64,000 nt of DNA, taken from the NCBI GenBank assembly GCA_030264375.1, contig JASCQW010000132.1, forward strand, positions 67,175,627 to 67,239,626. Reading direction: 5' to 3'. Positions 38,601 to 53,600 of this stretch are shown here, in pieces. Numbering within the stretch: position 1 is the first letter of the stretch; every line of letters begins with the position of its first letter. The notes below the pieces were generated by a model. The model saw nothing but the letters and a program-made list of their open reading frames with translations. It ran no database searches and had not been told where the DNA came from. The position numbers were made by a program, and so were the translations under genes. The DNA comes from Carcharhinus longimanus (lineage: Eukaryota).

Positions 38601-41600
38601 CCACCTAACCCGCACATCTTTGGATTGTGGGAGGAAACCGGTGCACCTGGTGGAAACCCAAGCAGACACGAGGAGAACGTGCAAATTCCACACGGACAGT
38701 GATTTGAGGCTGGAATCGAACCCGGGTCTCTGGCGCAGTGAAATAGCAGTGCTAACCACTGTTCCGCCCCTCTTCTTCAAGGATCAAAGCTAATGATATG
38801 AAAGTACAAATATTCAAGACATTCAGAACAATTAATTAATTCATTCATCTGAAAGTATTAGCGGGAAGAAGTTGGTATTAACAAGTTAAGCAACTCATGC
38901 ATTCATATCTCCAGCAATCATTTCTGTGCTTTTTAAATATGGTGTAATTACTGAGAAGAATAACATGAAGCGGTTTAGTTTTTATTCTTAAACGATAGAA
39001 GATTTTATAAATGTTATAAATTACTAGTCTTGTCTGCTAGCTACACATCTTCATGAATGAAGTCCCTTTCAGTTGATTTTGTAATCAAAATGTGCTAATG
39101 TAAAGAATTTTTTTTCTGTTATAATAGGGATCCCCTGGTCTGCCTGGCGCAGCTGGAGAGCCTGGTAAACCTGGTAATCAGGTAAGGCAGCCAATTATCC
39201 ATCCACTCCAGGAGAGGCAAAGTATGAGAAACAATCGTGTGATCTATATGTTTGAACTTAAATGTCGAGTACAAGATTATACCAATATGAACTTTAAAAT
39301 AATGATACCACTCCTACCCAGTTTATTGAGCAAACATTGGTCAGAAAAAATGGAATAAACCCACCCATTCACTGGAGATCCAGACCACTTTCATGTTTGG
39401 ACCTCATTAAAATTTTATTGTAGATAGAGAAACTTATTTGGAGTACTCCCTTGAGCAGACTTCAATGGCATGTTTAAGGACTAATAGTCTGGCCAATTTA
39501 CTTTAAGTTCTGCTAGGTGATGCTAGCACATGCACACGTGTTGCAGTATTGAACGCCTATCAGATTCCTATATATTATCAGACCCCAATTTGCATGAATG
39601 AATGAGGTTCCTCTGCTTCAGATGGCTATGGCGGCCCAGTCCAAAATCTTGACAGGCCAAAGATCAGCAGGAATAGGGGAATAAGTGCAACCATCACATG
39701 CACAGAGAAATGGAGCTGAAACGAGAGCGACATTTGCCTAATTACCTTCAATTCCTTGAGTTAATTAAATAATGCATCAATAAATCATCTTTTCTGCTAT
39801 TCTTTATGAATTGAGCAAAGCTGAAGGACAATTATGCTTTCAAATTTATATATTTGTCCTATCACAAATAAACTGTGGCAGTAATCAGCATAGTGACATT
39901 CATGTGTTTTAACTGTTGTTGAAAGAATTTCAGGTCGATTTTCGTACTCACAGCTGGATGATAATTTGGTAAGGCCCTTTATGGAACATATCTGATTTCC
40001 AGTGCATTCATTTCAACTGGATTAAAATCAGATGGTCCGTACAATGGGCAGACAACCCAGACAGGAAAGATGTTTCCCTATATTTCCAACATTCATACCA
40101 TCTTTTATTGCTATATGTGATGAAATCATTCATCCATAAAACTTAAGAAATTATTACAATAGCATTCAGAAAAATCTTCATCCTAGTGGTCAAACTTAAG
40201 TTTTTTTTAATTACAGTTTGTACTTTATAATGCATTGCATTGTCAAAATATCATACCTATGTCCATGCTTTTTCTCCACAGGGCATCCGAGGTGACGCTG
40301 GTGCTCCAGGAGTTGCTGGTACAAAGGTAAGCTTAAGTTCCTTTTGTAATTTTGTATTTTCAGTTTATTTAATTTTATGACATCATGATTAAAGCATTAC
40401 GGTTCATATTTTGCTCTTTAGGGTGAACGAGGTCCCCCAGGTGAACGAGGTGCTAAAGGTCCCCAAGGTCTCCCTGGTAACCGTGGTCCCTCTGGTGCTC
40501 CTGGTACTGATGGCGGAAAGGTATGCTGAAAACAAAAAAAAACTCAGCTCAACAAATGATGCCTGTTTTTAAAAATGTTCTTTCAAAACAAGGAAGTTGC
40601 TTGATTGATATCTTAAAATCTAATTGCAAACAACACAAACGTGTGATCGATTTTATCTAAACTCACTGAACAGCTCATTAGTGAATTTCTGTTGGCTTTA
40701 TTTTTAAGTTATAACAACACTGCCAGACATTGATCATTTGCCTCCTATCTAGAATTAATTGTAAAGCTCTAAAATTCATTTTATTTTAGAAATTAGAATA
40801 TTTAGTTTGAATAAATAATAATATAGATTACTATTAAACCAAAATAATCTAGGGTAAGTAAATCACCTGTACTTTTCCTTCTGTCTAAAAATCATGGGTC
40901 AACAGACCTTCCCGTTGTCCGCCCCTCACCTGCTTCAATTTCCATGGAGGATGGGCTGGAATCAAAGTCAGAGTTTGCACTCTTGCAAAAGGCAATTTAT
41001 ATATATGTTTGTAGCTTTCACAAATATTATGCTGTGGTAAATCATTCTCTGATATCTAATTAGATGCCACTATATTTTGTGCAAGTCCAGATATCAGCTT
41101 GTGAATTAAAGAGAATAAAATTAGGTTTATTGATGCCAAATGAGTTGATTTGAACAATATGTATAAAGAAATATATGTGACACAATGGGTCATGAATAAA
41201 ATGCATTTAATTTAGAAGTTTAGACTTGAGGAGGATATTAAAACCCAAGCTGAGAGTTCGGCAATGAGAGGTAATGAGAAACTCTCCCAATATGTCTCAC
41301 TCTCCTTTACTCAGGTGTCAGCTAGCTCCTAATATTGGATTCCCATTGTAACTGCTGTGTCAATATAAAATGTATTTCCTTTTGAAGGTGATGGACAGCA
41401 TTTCTTTAAATTCATGGGGATTGGCTGCAGTTTGTAAATTATAATACAATAAAAACCTCACACAGTGGAAAAAATATGAAGTGAAACCGCTTCGAACTGG
41501 CTATATGCCACTAAACTATGAATTCAGCCAGAACTTCCAGGGAAAATCTAATCAGTCATTCACAAATGATACTTTCTCCCTTGTCACTGATGTTATTTTC

Positions 41601-44600
41601 TCACAATTTAATTCTTAAGTTTCTAAACACATTTTTACAGTAGCTAATAGGAATATTTTTAGACGACTCATTACCAAGCCTCTGCTTTGGTATCATCTCC
41701 TTTAGCACTTGCAATATTTTTTTGAAATCATTTAAACATATTTCACAGTGGATTTAAAAGGGGACAAATTTATATTCTTCAACTTCTCTTGTATAAGAAC
41801 TTCAAATTTCATATCATCATCTATCATAGTTAAGTTGTGTTGGTAATATACTGGGGTGTCATGCTGACCGTTAGGGGAGAATCTTCCCAATCCCCCGAAG
41901 GCAGCTCTGCAGGCAGGATGGAAAGCAAAATCAGAGATAAGGGCATTGGGTCGGCGCCCCGACATATTGTCATCTCTGGGTGGTCATGCCAGAAGTGGGG
42001 TCAACATGGCACTGGCTACCCATCAGGCAACGGTAGGAAGTCAATTAGTTAAATTATATGCCCAATAGGGGGCATTGATGAGGACACTTGGTATCAAAAC
42101 AGACCATCAATGAGTGCAGAGCCNNNNNNNNNNNNNNNNNNNNNNNNNNNNNNNNNNNNNNNNNNNNNNNNNNNNNNNNNNNNNNNNNNNNNNNNNNNNN
42201 NNNNNNNNNNNNNNNNNNNNNNNTGAAGGCCAGGGAGGGCCATCGAAGCAAGAGGTTTGTGGGTATGAAGGGTTGTACTCAAAGCTGCCACCAATTCTCT
42301 GGAGGGGTTTTCCTACTCTAGTGGACTCGGATCTCTTTATTTTCAGTATTTCATTCACACTTCCAAGGACGCTTCCATTCTGAGGTGTCCTTGAAGTTCC
42401 CTAGCCCCCTCCGCAGAGCCCACCTCTCCAAGTGAGGCTGCACAGCTTCTGGCCATCTGATTGGACCTGAACCTCAGAAATGACTAGCCATCCTTACCTG
42501 GAGGTCACCACCCAGAAGGTCACGTGGCAGTGTAAATTACACATCAGCACTGGATCAGGACTTGGAGATGGTGCCTACACCTGAGGATAATCTATCAGCA
42601 AAATATTCTGCCCTTAGTTATCCAAAGTACATAACTGAAACTAGCCTCCTTTTAAAAGGGGTTTATGGTGTTACCTGGATTTCTTAGAAGGAGGTAACAA
42701 AGGGGCTTTCAGTATTTTTGAGTGTGGCATTGTACTGACTAACTCTTGACAATCTTCATCAGTTGATCTTTATTCCTTATTAGGGTGAAGTTGGTCTTGT
42801 TGGTTTGATTGGTAATCCAGGAGCCCAAGGAGCTCAGGGTATGCCAGGTGAGAGAGGTGCCCCTGGAGCCCTTGGCCCCAAAGGTGAAAAGGTAAGTTGT
42901 TTTTAATATTGTGAACCTATTTTGGAACAGTCTGCAAATGTCTTAAAAGCTTTCCCTTTTTAAGGTCCCCTAGCTTCCAAGTACATTTGTAGTGTTGGCT
43001 TCTTTAGCCTCCCCCTGCCGCCCCCAACTCCCATGCCCTGCATCACCACTGCACCAGTATCAATCTAAATAAAAACTGATAAAATTTACGGATCTTCTGT
43101 GCTTCATGCGAGAATCTTTATAATGATGTCTCATGCTGTGGTGAGAACTTTCCATCCATTCACACCAGTGGGATCTTCCAATCCCGCCACTGACATACCC
43201 CACCACAGGATTTTCAGCAGAGAGAGGTGCATTTGATGGAAAACCCCATGAGACCAGAAAATTGTCACCAGCCCATGGTAGGCTGCTTCCTGCCACAGCA
43301 AAACAGTTGGCAGGTTGCTTGGTAAATCCCGCCCAATGTGTTTTTATTATTTAGTTTTGTTTTTAATGATTTAAAGGATACATTATGGTGGATGTGTATA
43401 CAGAGCAACTTCAGCTCATGGAGAGAGCAATAAAATATTCCAACAAAAAAGTAAAAAATTAGTCGCAGTTTAAGATAATGCTTTAAAGAATTCATTGAGG
43501 TATTAAGCAACAATATGTGTTGTTATTTCTAATATATGCACCACCCTTTAATCAATCTAACTTATCATGCATATTTTTCTAGGGTGATGGAGGTCCAGCT
43601 GGTCCTCAAGGAAGTGCAGGCGTGGATGGCCCACGGGTAAGAGTCCCATAATTTATTGCATAAATTTAAGCCTTTAATACTGCTGTTTCTGTAAGTAAAC
43701 ACAATCTAACCTTGATCTTGACTTGAGCTTTGTATTAACATTTGATATTTTACAGGGTGCTCCTGGTCCTGCAGGTGCTCCTGGTCCCAGTGGCCCTCCT
43801 GGTGATAGGGTAAGTTTCTGAGCAATGATCAGAATTACTATTCTTTCTATTAATATTCCCATTGCTGTCCTTTATTACTGACATCAGTATCACATTGTGC
43901 TCATTAGTGTTCCAAATCAGATATTCTTTTCATAATAGTTTTCATGTCTGTACCTTTTCATTAACATCATCAGTTGACTTCCTTTCTTTTCAGGGTGAAT
44001 CTGGTGCCGCCGGTCATTCTGGTCCAGCTGGTCCTCGTGGTGCTCCAGTAAGTAGAGAACACAAGCACAACTGGGAAGATTAACTTCGACTGAGATCTTG
44101 TACTTTATGTTCTTCCAAGTATTTTTGTCAATAATGCAATAGAATTTCTGGTGTAATTAACAGTACTAGTAGTGACATTTTAATAGGGCCATTGTTTGAG
44201 AAGGAGCACGGACAATAAGATTATTTGGTTTGATTTTCCTCTGCCTAGGGCGAACGTGGTGAAGCTGGTCGTACTGGTCCTCCTGGGTTTGCTGGTCCAC
44301 CTGTAAGTTTCAAAACTTTCTCTTTATTTGAATTAATTCCATTTTGTTTCAAACAATTGCCTTTTTCTTATTTAAACCTTATTGTTTTCTCATGCAGGGT
44401 GCAGATGGACACTCTGGAGCTAAAGGTGAGAAAGGTGTTCCTGGTGCCAAAGGGGAAGTCGGTTCTGCTGGTGCTGTTGGTCTACCTGGTCCCGCTGGTG
44501 CTGTGGTAAGTATTCTGATGTAAGATAAAGAGTGATTCTACCTTCAATTGTTTCAAGTAATTCTGTTTATACATCCAGCTCATGGTTTAAAATAATATAA

Positions 44601-47600
44601 ATCATTTGACATAAAAATGGGCAGTGATCTGGTTTAATGCATCCTTGTCCAATTTTCTGCTGCCACCCCACTCTTACTATAACTAAAGCAGCAGTAAACC
44701 AGAGGAAAGTCCTGCCTGAACGGTCCAAACTCGAGGACAGTTTTGGTCATCTTTAAGATATTCCTGACATTGAAAATGAAAGATTAGCTGGGATTATGAT
44801 CCTAAGGACTAGTTTGCACAGAAATGAATTGTTGAAAATGCTGAAGGGCACAATTTATTTTAATGACAACATACTTGTGCAGCATATGATTGAGGTTGCT
44901 ATCCAGACAAACATTTCATTTTTTTATACCTGCCTCAGTTTATCTATGTCACTTAACCTGACATAATCAGTCTTACATGATCTGAAGAATTTGCAAAATG
45001 TTTCTAAATAAGGCATTGCCCATTTAGGACAGAGCTGAGGAAATAAAATTTCTCTCAGAGGGTTGCGAGACTTTGGAATTCTCCCCTTCAAAAGGTGGTT
45101 GAGGCAAAATTATTGGCTATCTTTAAGGCAGAGCTAGATAGATTCTTGATAACCTTTCACCCCTTTGCTTATCGGGGGGGTAGGCAAGAATGTGAAGTGG
45201 AGGTTAAAATCCGATCAACTGTAGTTTTATTGAATGGCGGCAGAACAGGTTTGAGGGACCAAGTGGTCTACTCGTGCTCCAAGTCCATATGTTTGCTTAT
45301 AACTTAGAAATGGTTCTTTTGGCAATAAAGAAATATTAAGTGAATATTGCTCATTGGCTTCAGCATTATTTTGTACATTTGAACCCCACAGTTTTACTCT
45401 TCTTTTTAATACCCAATTCTGTGCACACAATAGTAGATGTAATATTAGCTAGTTAGTCTTGTCCAGCACCTTTGTAATGTGGTGAGCATACACCTAGGAT
45501 ATGAAAATTGTACCTATCACCTCAGTACAGCATTTCCGTAGGCAATCTCACTGCAACAGTCATGGACTTAGGGCTTTGATGAAGGAAATAAGGGCATGGA
45601 AGAATACCACTGACAAGGCAGAGTAGTACCCTTAGATCAATATACTTGGTGTAGGGGCCAGACAGGGTAGAGACAGAGAGATTATTTCCAGTTAGAAAGG
45701 AAACAAGAACTCGAGGGCACAGCCTCAAAATAAGGGGGAGTCAATTTAAAACAGAGTTGAGGAGGAACTTCTCTCAAAGGGTAGTGAATCTTTGGAATTC
45801 TCTGCCCATTGAAGCAGTAGAAGCTACCTCGTTAAATATACTTAAGTCACAGGTAGGTAGATTTCTGATCAATAAGGGAATTAAGGGTTATGGGGAGCAG
45901 GCGGGTAAGTGGAACTGAACGACTATCAGATCAGTCATGTTCTTATTGAATGGCAGGGCAGGCTCGAGGGGCTAGATGGCCTACTCCTGCACCTATTTCT
46001 TATGTTCTTATGTGTGCCAGGCAGGGGCAGAATAAGTCAGCAATGTTGGTGTCTGCAGCGGAGCCCCTAGTGATGCATGGCATAGCCATGTGAAGGCTGC
46101 CAAAACTGTTTTCCATCCAGAAAGGCTAGGCTTTCCTCTCCGGCACTATCATTAGCAGACATTTGGTGGGCAGGAGTTCCACTAGCCTGCCAGACTCAGC
46201 ACTGACCCCAGTGAACTTTCTGCAGTTAGCTTAATTTAGGTCTATTAAATCTATTAGATGGTGGCCTTATGACGCTGATAAGTATTCCTGGGAACTCATC
46301 ACTGAAATCTTGTTGCTGCGGAGTTGCACTACCTGAAACAATTTAAACAGCTGAGCAATATTCCCAACAATTAGCATGCAGCTGTTTCCATTCTAAACCA
46401 CAAATTTCATGAATAAGAAACATTACATTGAACAACCTTCTCTCCATTAAAGTTGTTGATGCGGCCATTTAAACATTCTTGCTCATTATTTACATTTTAA
46501 TGTATCTGTTATTAATGCAAAAGTTTCATGAGCTATGATAGCAGAAGGTGCAACTGCTACTAAACTTCCAATCCTACTTTCCTGCCAAACAACAATGATA
46601 CAATAAAATCTTAATATAAACATGCTACGCAAGTTCCCTGGGAGGTGACCACTAAATCATATAATTCTAAGCTGGTAACAGCAAACTAGCTGCTTATTTG
46701 GTCAATAAAACCCCTTGCAGTTCATATGGAGCTTTATATTACGCATATGGAAACAGATGTCAAGATGCATACAGTGACTCCTACACCTTTGAGAAATAAG
46801 TTGCTTATATTGCCTTTTTGATGCTGCTAGTCAATTGAGAAAGGAACTAAATTATTGGCCTGGCAATAATTATTTATCATGGCTGCGATGGATCTGAGTA
46901 CAACAAATTGGTTCACATATTCGCAGTGCTTGCCAGGAATATCTCCAAGGAACAGTAATTCCGATGAGCTTTGGTGTGACTGGCATGCTGTATGAAGATG
47001 TACCGCAGGCCTTCAACAGGGGATGATTGAAGTTTTGAAGAATCCAGCACCAGAAATCTGCAAGGAATAATACATTTGATGCTTCAGCTTCTGTTTTCTT
47101 GCATTAACTTACCACTCAAGCTGCCCACTGTCATTTTAAGCTGCTCCACCTGGAGCCAGTTGTGCCGTAAATGGCACACTGAATACAGTTCCACTTGTTG
47201 CTTTATAATGCTCACTTGTCCACTCTGATTTATTCTGAGCAGAGCAATTACAAGAATCAGCATTCAATCCATCATTTGGCAAAGCAATATCACAGAAATG
47301 CGCAAATTGAATTTGAATAGCCATTATGCAAACATTAGTGCCAAACAATATTACCATGAGGAATCAACAAGATATTACCTGCTGGTCACTTCACGCTGGG
47401 TGTCATTTTGTAACATATAATGAAGATAGATAATACGTGTCTGCTGCAGCAATCAGAAAATGACTTCTTTGTAACAATCTCATGCATTACTTGTTATCAC
47501 AAAAACAAAATCTAACCTGTTATTTATATTTCTCTTCTCAGGGTCCTGCTGGAGTTTCTGGCCTACAAGGACCTGTTGGTTCTATTGGACCACCAGTAAG

Positions 47601-50600
47601 TTGAATAATAATTGTATTGCAAATATTTCATTGAGTCAAATGGGATCACATTCCATAGAGTATAGAAAAATAAGATTTCATAGCAAAGTGAAAAATTCTT
47701 AAAGCTTTTGAGAGAATAGTTGTAGGTTGTGGAGTGGTAAGACTAAATGCTGTTCCGAATTCCAATGATCAAGCTGAGAAATGTGACTTGGTATATAACC
47801 GGCTAATTTCAACTAATTGCTTTCCTTTTTCTAGGGTATGACAGGTTTCCCAGGTCCAGCTGGTAGAGCAGGCGCACCAGGTCCAGCAGTAAGTATTTTG
47901 TTCTACTGTTTAGCAATTCACTTTGACACTGACACTGTGATGAAAGTGATGCAGAACATTCAAGTGGCTCAAGTTAATGTTAGCATTAATTCGTGTGCAT
48001 CGAGCAATATTTGTTTCTTTCAACAGTAATAATTTCAGTGTTTAATGCTCTGAATGAAAAATTGAGACTGAAAGTTAATGTTGCAAGGTCAAGACCATTA
48101 TCCAGTACCGCTCAGTACACGGATGGTAATTTTGTCAATTCTGATAAAGGGGTAAACATGAAACATTAACCCTATCTTCCTTTTTCCACGATGAATTCTG
48201 ATCTGTTCAGTGTTCCCAGTATCTGTCTTTTTTTTAATTTCATAGTTATTGTTCCCTGTTTTAATTATTCCTTTTGTTAAATCATCATAGAAGTGATCAT
48301 GCAAATTTAAGATCAGATTGTAAAGACTTCCAGATTTATCTTTTGACATTGTTATATCCATAGAGCTATCTATCAGAATATATCCCACCAACATTCATAC
48401 CATAGCAGAAGACACCTATGTGTGGTTCTTGGAATGCATATTCTGAAAATACATCATAATGCAGACTTTTGAAGACTTTGGCAACAATGAAGAAACATGT
48501 TTTCTATTAGGGAGTGAACAATAGAAGATGTGTTATATCAGAAGGCATTAGAAGAAGTAATCAGGAATAGAAATATAGGTAACTGTGATTAATACATTGC
48601 ACTTTGATAGGGTCCTGCAGGTCCACAAGGTCCTACTGGTCCAACTGGTAATCCTGGCCCACAAGGTCCAAGAGGTGATACAGGTTCACAAGGTCGTCCA
48701 GGTTCAGCAGGTCCACTTGGTCCAATTGGTGCACCTGGAGAAAGAGGTCCATCTGGTGAATCAGGCTCTTCTGTAAGTTACTTTGAACTAGTAGTAAAAT
48801 AATGTTATAATTGATATATAACTTTATTATTTCCATTTCTTCCTTCGATCAACATTCTTACTTGTTCAGTTCTGTTAATATTTCTGTCCAGGGAGCTCCA
48901 GGTTCTCCAGGTCCTCAAGGTTTCCTTGGTAGTGTTGGTTTAATTGGTCTTCCTGGTTCAAGAGGTGAGAGCGGTCTCCCAGGTGCCCCCGGTCCACATG
49001 TAAGTGTAACAGTTTTATCAAACAATATCTGCTGAAATTGTTAACTGCTCAATTACACAGTGCCTTGCATGAGGTGATAATATATTAAAAGCTTGAATGT
49101 TGTTCAATACCTTTATTATTCAGAAACCTAAGTAAAGGAGTGAGTGAGGAAAGAAGGTAAATCAAGAAACTATCACCAGGTGCTAACAAAATTGTGTTTT
49201 TAAAAGCCAAGGATTCCCACTGAGAAATTAGTCATGGAAATTTATCCCTCAAGTATGCCAGCAAAATTCCAACAGCTTGAGAGCAAACTACAAAGAGCAA
49301 AATATTTTGGGCTAATTGCTCCAATTTGGGTTATTCTTCCACAATGGTGTTTTGGAGTGAGTTGTTGTTCTTTCACATTCAACTAGTGTAAATAGCACAT
49401 CCCGAAGGAAATTGCACAAGGGTTAAAAATGCCCTGTTCTTTAATTTGTAAAAAGGTTAAAAACATGGAATTTTTGCAGCAAGAAACAGCATCCCCCTAG
49501 TGCAGAAATCAGAAAGTTGCATCTCTGATTGTCAGTCTGTTCATTTAAATAGAAAGAAAATCATAACCTAGGCCTGCAGTTCCTTAAAATACTGCTTACA
49601 TTCTTCCCTGGGGATACCAAAATATGGAATCAGACTTTGCAATTACCCTTTTAAAACATTTATTTCATATTTATTATCGTTATCATAATTATCCAAAACA
49701 GAAGGGGCACTTTTTAAATTATTTTGAACCTTTCTGATATTGATCAATACATCAATCTGAAGTCTCAATGTTAAAGATCAGAATAGCTATTTTAGATGCT
49801 TCCAATATGTGTAGCATTGGAATTTGTTGTTAAAAGGTGTATAAAAAGAATGTTCCACAAACTTAACAATCAAGGGATTCACTTTTTAAAACTATACTTA
49901 TTTAGACTTTCACTAATAGACATTGGCCATAGGCAGCTATTTAAAAAATTATCCCTTTCAGATACAAAATGTATCAAGGTGCTACTCGTCATAACTCCGA
50001 CAGAGGACTGACGAGAGCCCATGAGGAAACCAAGCAATCAGAGAAATATACCAGAACCTCTGCAGAATTTCTTTAGGAAGTGTTGGGATACTGTTCAAGT
50101 TTTTGAAATGTTTCACTTTCCATTTAAGATTTGTCTTGCTCAGATAGTTCTGCTATGTTAAATCTTATTTCACTGTTTTTATTTCTAGGGTCTGCCTGGT
50201 CCATCTGGTCGTGCAGGAGCTCCTGGATCCCGCGGTCCAGCTGGTCCAGTCGGTTCTAGTGGTTTGACTGGTCAAAATGGTGAAAATGGCCGTGATGTAA
50301 GTGAATGAATCAGTTACAATTGTCGGTATTATTGTAAGTGAATAAACTATACAAGATTACATGATCTTTTCTCTTTGTTTCTTTTGCTTTTAAGGGAAAT
50401 CCTGGTCGTGATGGTCCCCCTGGACGTGCTGGACAAACTGGACCTAAGGTATGTGCAGTCCTGACTTCTATCCTCCAGTAAAGTCAAAGCTTTTTGGCCT
50501 AATGTCACAGCTTCTTCAATGATTAATTTTTTTCTCTCTCTGTTTTTCTTGTTTTCAGGGCGAACGTGGTGAGCCTGGTAGGGTTGGCTCATCTGGTCCA

Positions 50601-53600
50601 CTTGGTCAACCTGGTGCCCATGGTCATGCAGGTCCTGCTGGCAAAGCTGGCAATCGTGGTGAGGCCGTAAGTTTACAATTTTGTTTTGCTCTCAAACAAG
50701 GAAGTGCGTAATAACAGATTTAAGTCTTAAATTTTGTAATTTAGAAATAAAAATACTTTTTTGTTTCCTTTTACATAAGGGTCCTGTAGGTTCAACTGGT
50801 GCTGTTGGTCAAGTGGGTCCAAGAGGTCTTGCTGTGAGTACATGTTCAAACAGCTGTAATATCATTCATGTTGAGAGAGTGGAAAGGTTAGATGATTTAG
50901 GCTTCAATATATATCCCTCTACGCCAATGGAAACAATCATTTCACTGCTACTCTGGAGATTAAAAGGATTGTGGAACCCATTATGTCAGATCTTGCATGC
51001 ATGGGGTTTTATGGAGCTTCTCCAGAAGAGCACAGAGACATCCCCACCCACGATGAAGTCACAACTCCCAACAGTGGCATGATAATGATGTGGGAATGGA
51101 CATTTCCAGCTCTACCACCTCATTTGTTTCTCCAAACTTCAAAAGACGTCAACAGAATTCCTTTCAAGCTGAAGGGCTTGACAAGGCAAAAAAGGGCTAA
51201 CAAGTCAGTGTCCTTGTACTGCAGATGCAATTGGATTGTGCCTCTTCCTGCTATTCTTTAACTGCAAAGTCTTGCGGCTAAACACAGAACTGTAGCTTCT
51301 GTTTTCACCCACTACTACTAGAATTAGGGGGTCCTCATTGTAATTTTGTTCTGTTTTCTTCACGTATGATATCAACAACTAAGTAAATCTATTCATCATT
51401 TGTAGGGCCCACAAGGTCCACGTGGAGAAAAGGGTGAAACTGGTTTTGCCGGTGTCAGAGGCCTGAAAGGATTAAGAGGACCTGGTGGCTTGCAGGGTCT
51501 TCCAGGTGTTGCTGTAAGTATTTTCTAAGATTCTTGAACATTCCCCACCACCACTACCGCCCCCCCGCCCCCCCCCCATCCCCGACCTTTGCTTTTTTCT
51601 ATCATTCTCTGTGGAAAATTCTTGATTAATTTCCTTTCCATTCTAGGGTATTTCTGGTGAAGCTGGTGGTCATGGTCCTACTGGTCCTTCTGGTCCAAGA
51701 GTAAGTGAAGAAACAATTTTTCAGATTTTGATTAATAGGTCATTTTCAATTGAGAACAATCCACTAATAATAAATTAAATGGATGTGCTCATTCTTCACA
51801 GGGTCCAGCTGGCCCTGCCGGTCCTCATGGCAAAGATGGTGCAGGAGGACATCCTGGTCCTATGGGTCCTGCTGGTCATCGTGGGCGTCCTGGTGATCAT
51901 GGTCCTATGGTAACTTGACATTTATAAGCTGATGGTGAAATATTTTATATTTAAGCACACAGGCCACTTCTCTAGTGCCACAATGGCATTGCGAAATAAG
52001 ACATTACACAGGATTGTATTGAATATATGGCACAAAAACAGACAATGCCAATGTTAATGGTTCCCTCAAGCCTTCCATATTTTCCTCAGCTAGAAATCTA
52101 ATCAGAACTATCCCCTCTCCCTCTTATACTTGTCTAGCTAGCCTTTAAATGCATCTATAATATTCAGTGCAACCACCATTTGTGGGATCAAGTTTTCAAA
52201 AATTCATTAATCCTTAAGTAATCAAGTTTATTTTGAATCCCCAATTTAGTTTCTTTGTGACTATGTTTTACTGATGGCTTCTAGAAATTCTCTTTCCCAC
52301 AAAAGGCAATTTTCTTTCCATGTTCACCCTGCCAGAAGAAACGCAATCTGTCCATCCTTTCCTGAAATGCTTACCCACACATTCCTGGGGTTGAGGGAGG
52401 ATGGTGTAGTCAACCGTTAATGGCCTCAAACAGCTTGAGAAGCACAAGGAAGAATGGTTTAATTCTATCACAGTTACCTACAATTTAATTTGTGAATTTG
52501 GTAAGAGCTGTTTCAGTACATTCAGAGAGGCAGAAACTTGATTAGAAGATTCAAACATGGAGAGCAAAGAGAACTTGTAAAAGGTATAGTAGATGCTAGG
52601 ACAATAGGGGTGAAAAGCTTATTTGTTGAGAAGAGATGTGATAATGAAAAATTTTAAGGAGACCAACAACCCTTTAAGTGAGAGAATGAATGAGAAATTG
52701 GCTATGTTTGCATCCCATTGGCAACTGCAAATCAAATTCAGAATTTCTGTTTGGGTACTCCCTTCCTTGTTAGGACACACTTAACTTGCATGTGTCCAAT
52801 GGAATTAGGCAAAGATTAATAGGCTAAGGCATGGGAACCCTGAGTTGTACCCTTGGGTATTGATGGAGCTTCACCACCTAAAATCACTATTTCTCAGGAC
52901 TGAACCTCTCCTCACTGCTCATCACTCCATCTACAGATCATTAGCTTGCAGGGTATACAAGATGGAGAAGGAGGAATTTTAGGTGCAAATGAACTAGGCT
53001 GACTGGACAATAAGACTACCTTGCAGCACTATGGCTTTTCATGTTCAGGTATTTGATTACCAAGTTATCCACGGACAGCTGAACTTTCTCTACAAGTTAA
53101 AGGGGAAGATAATTATTAGCTGCTACTTGGTCTACTGTCAAGAATGAGTTTCACTCCATTCTAAGCTCTCCTATTGCTGGACATATAAAGCAACATTGTC
53201 TAAATAAATGAAAATGATCCAAATGAATTATCTAAAACCATTGTGAGGAGAATTGTATGATAATAACAGGGAACCACATTCAAGTAATTTGTCACATAAA
53301 GGGAGTCAACTGAAAATAGACAAATGAATTAAAACCTTGTCTCTTTTTAGGGTCCTCCAGGTCCACCCGGCCCTCCTGGTCACCCAGGTGTGGCTGGCAG
53401 TAGTTATGAAGTGAGCTATGATCATGAGTATTACAGAGCCGACCAGCCAACTGCAGTAAGAGAGAAGGATCTTGAAGTTGACGCCAAACTGAAAGTTCTG
53501 ACCAATCAAATTGAGAATATTCGCAGCCCTGAAGGATCAAAGAAAAATCCTGCTCGTTCATGCCGTGACCTGCAATTCAGTCACCCAGAATGGAAGTCCG

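Noticed and set aside
51543-51585. C-rich tract in intron 46 (G-quadruplex potential on the template strand)
   Set aside because: Simple homopolymer-like run with no evidence of function from sequence alone.
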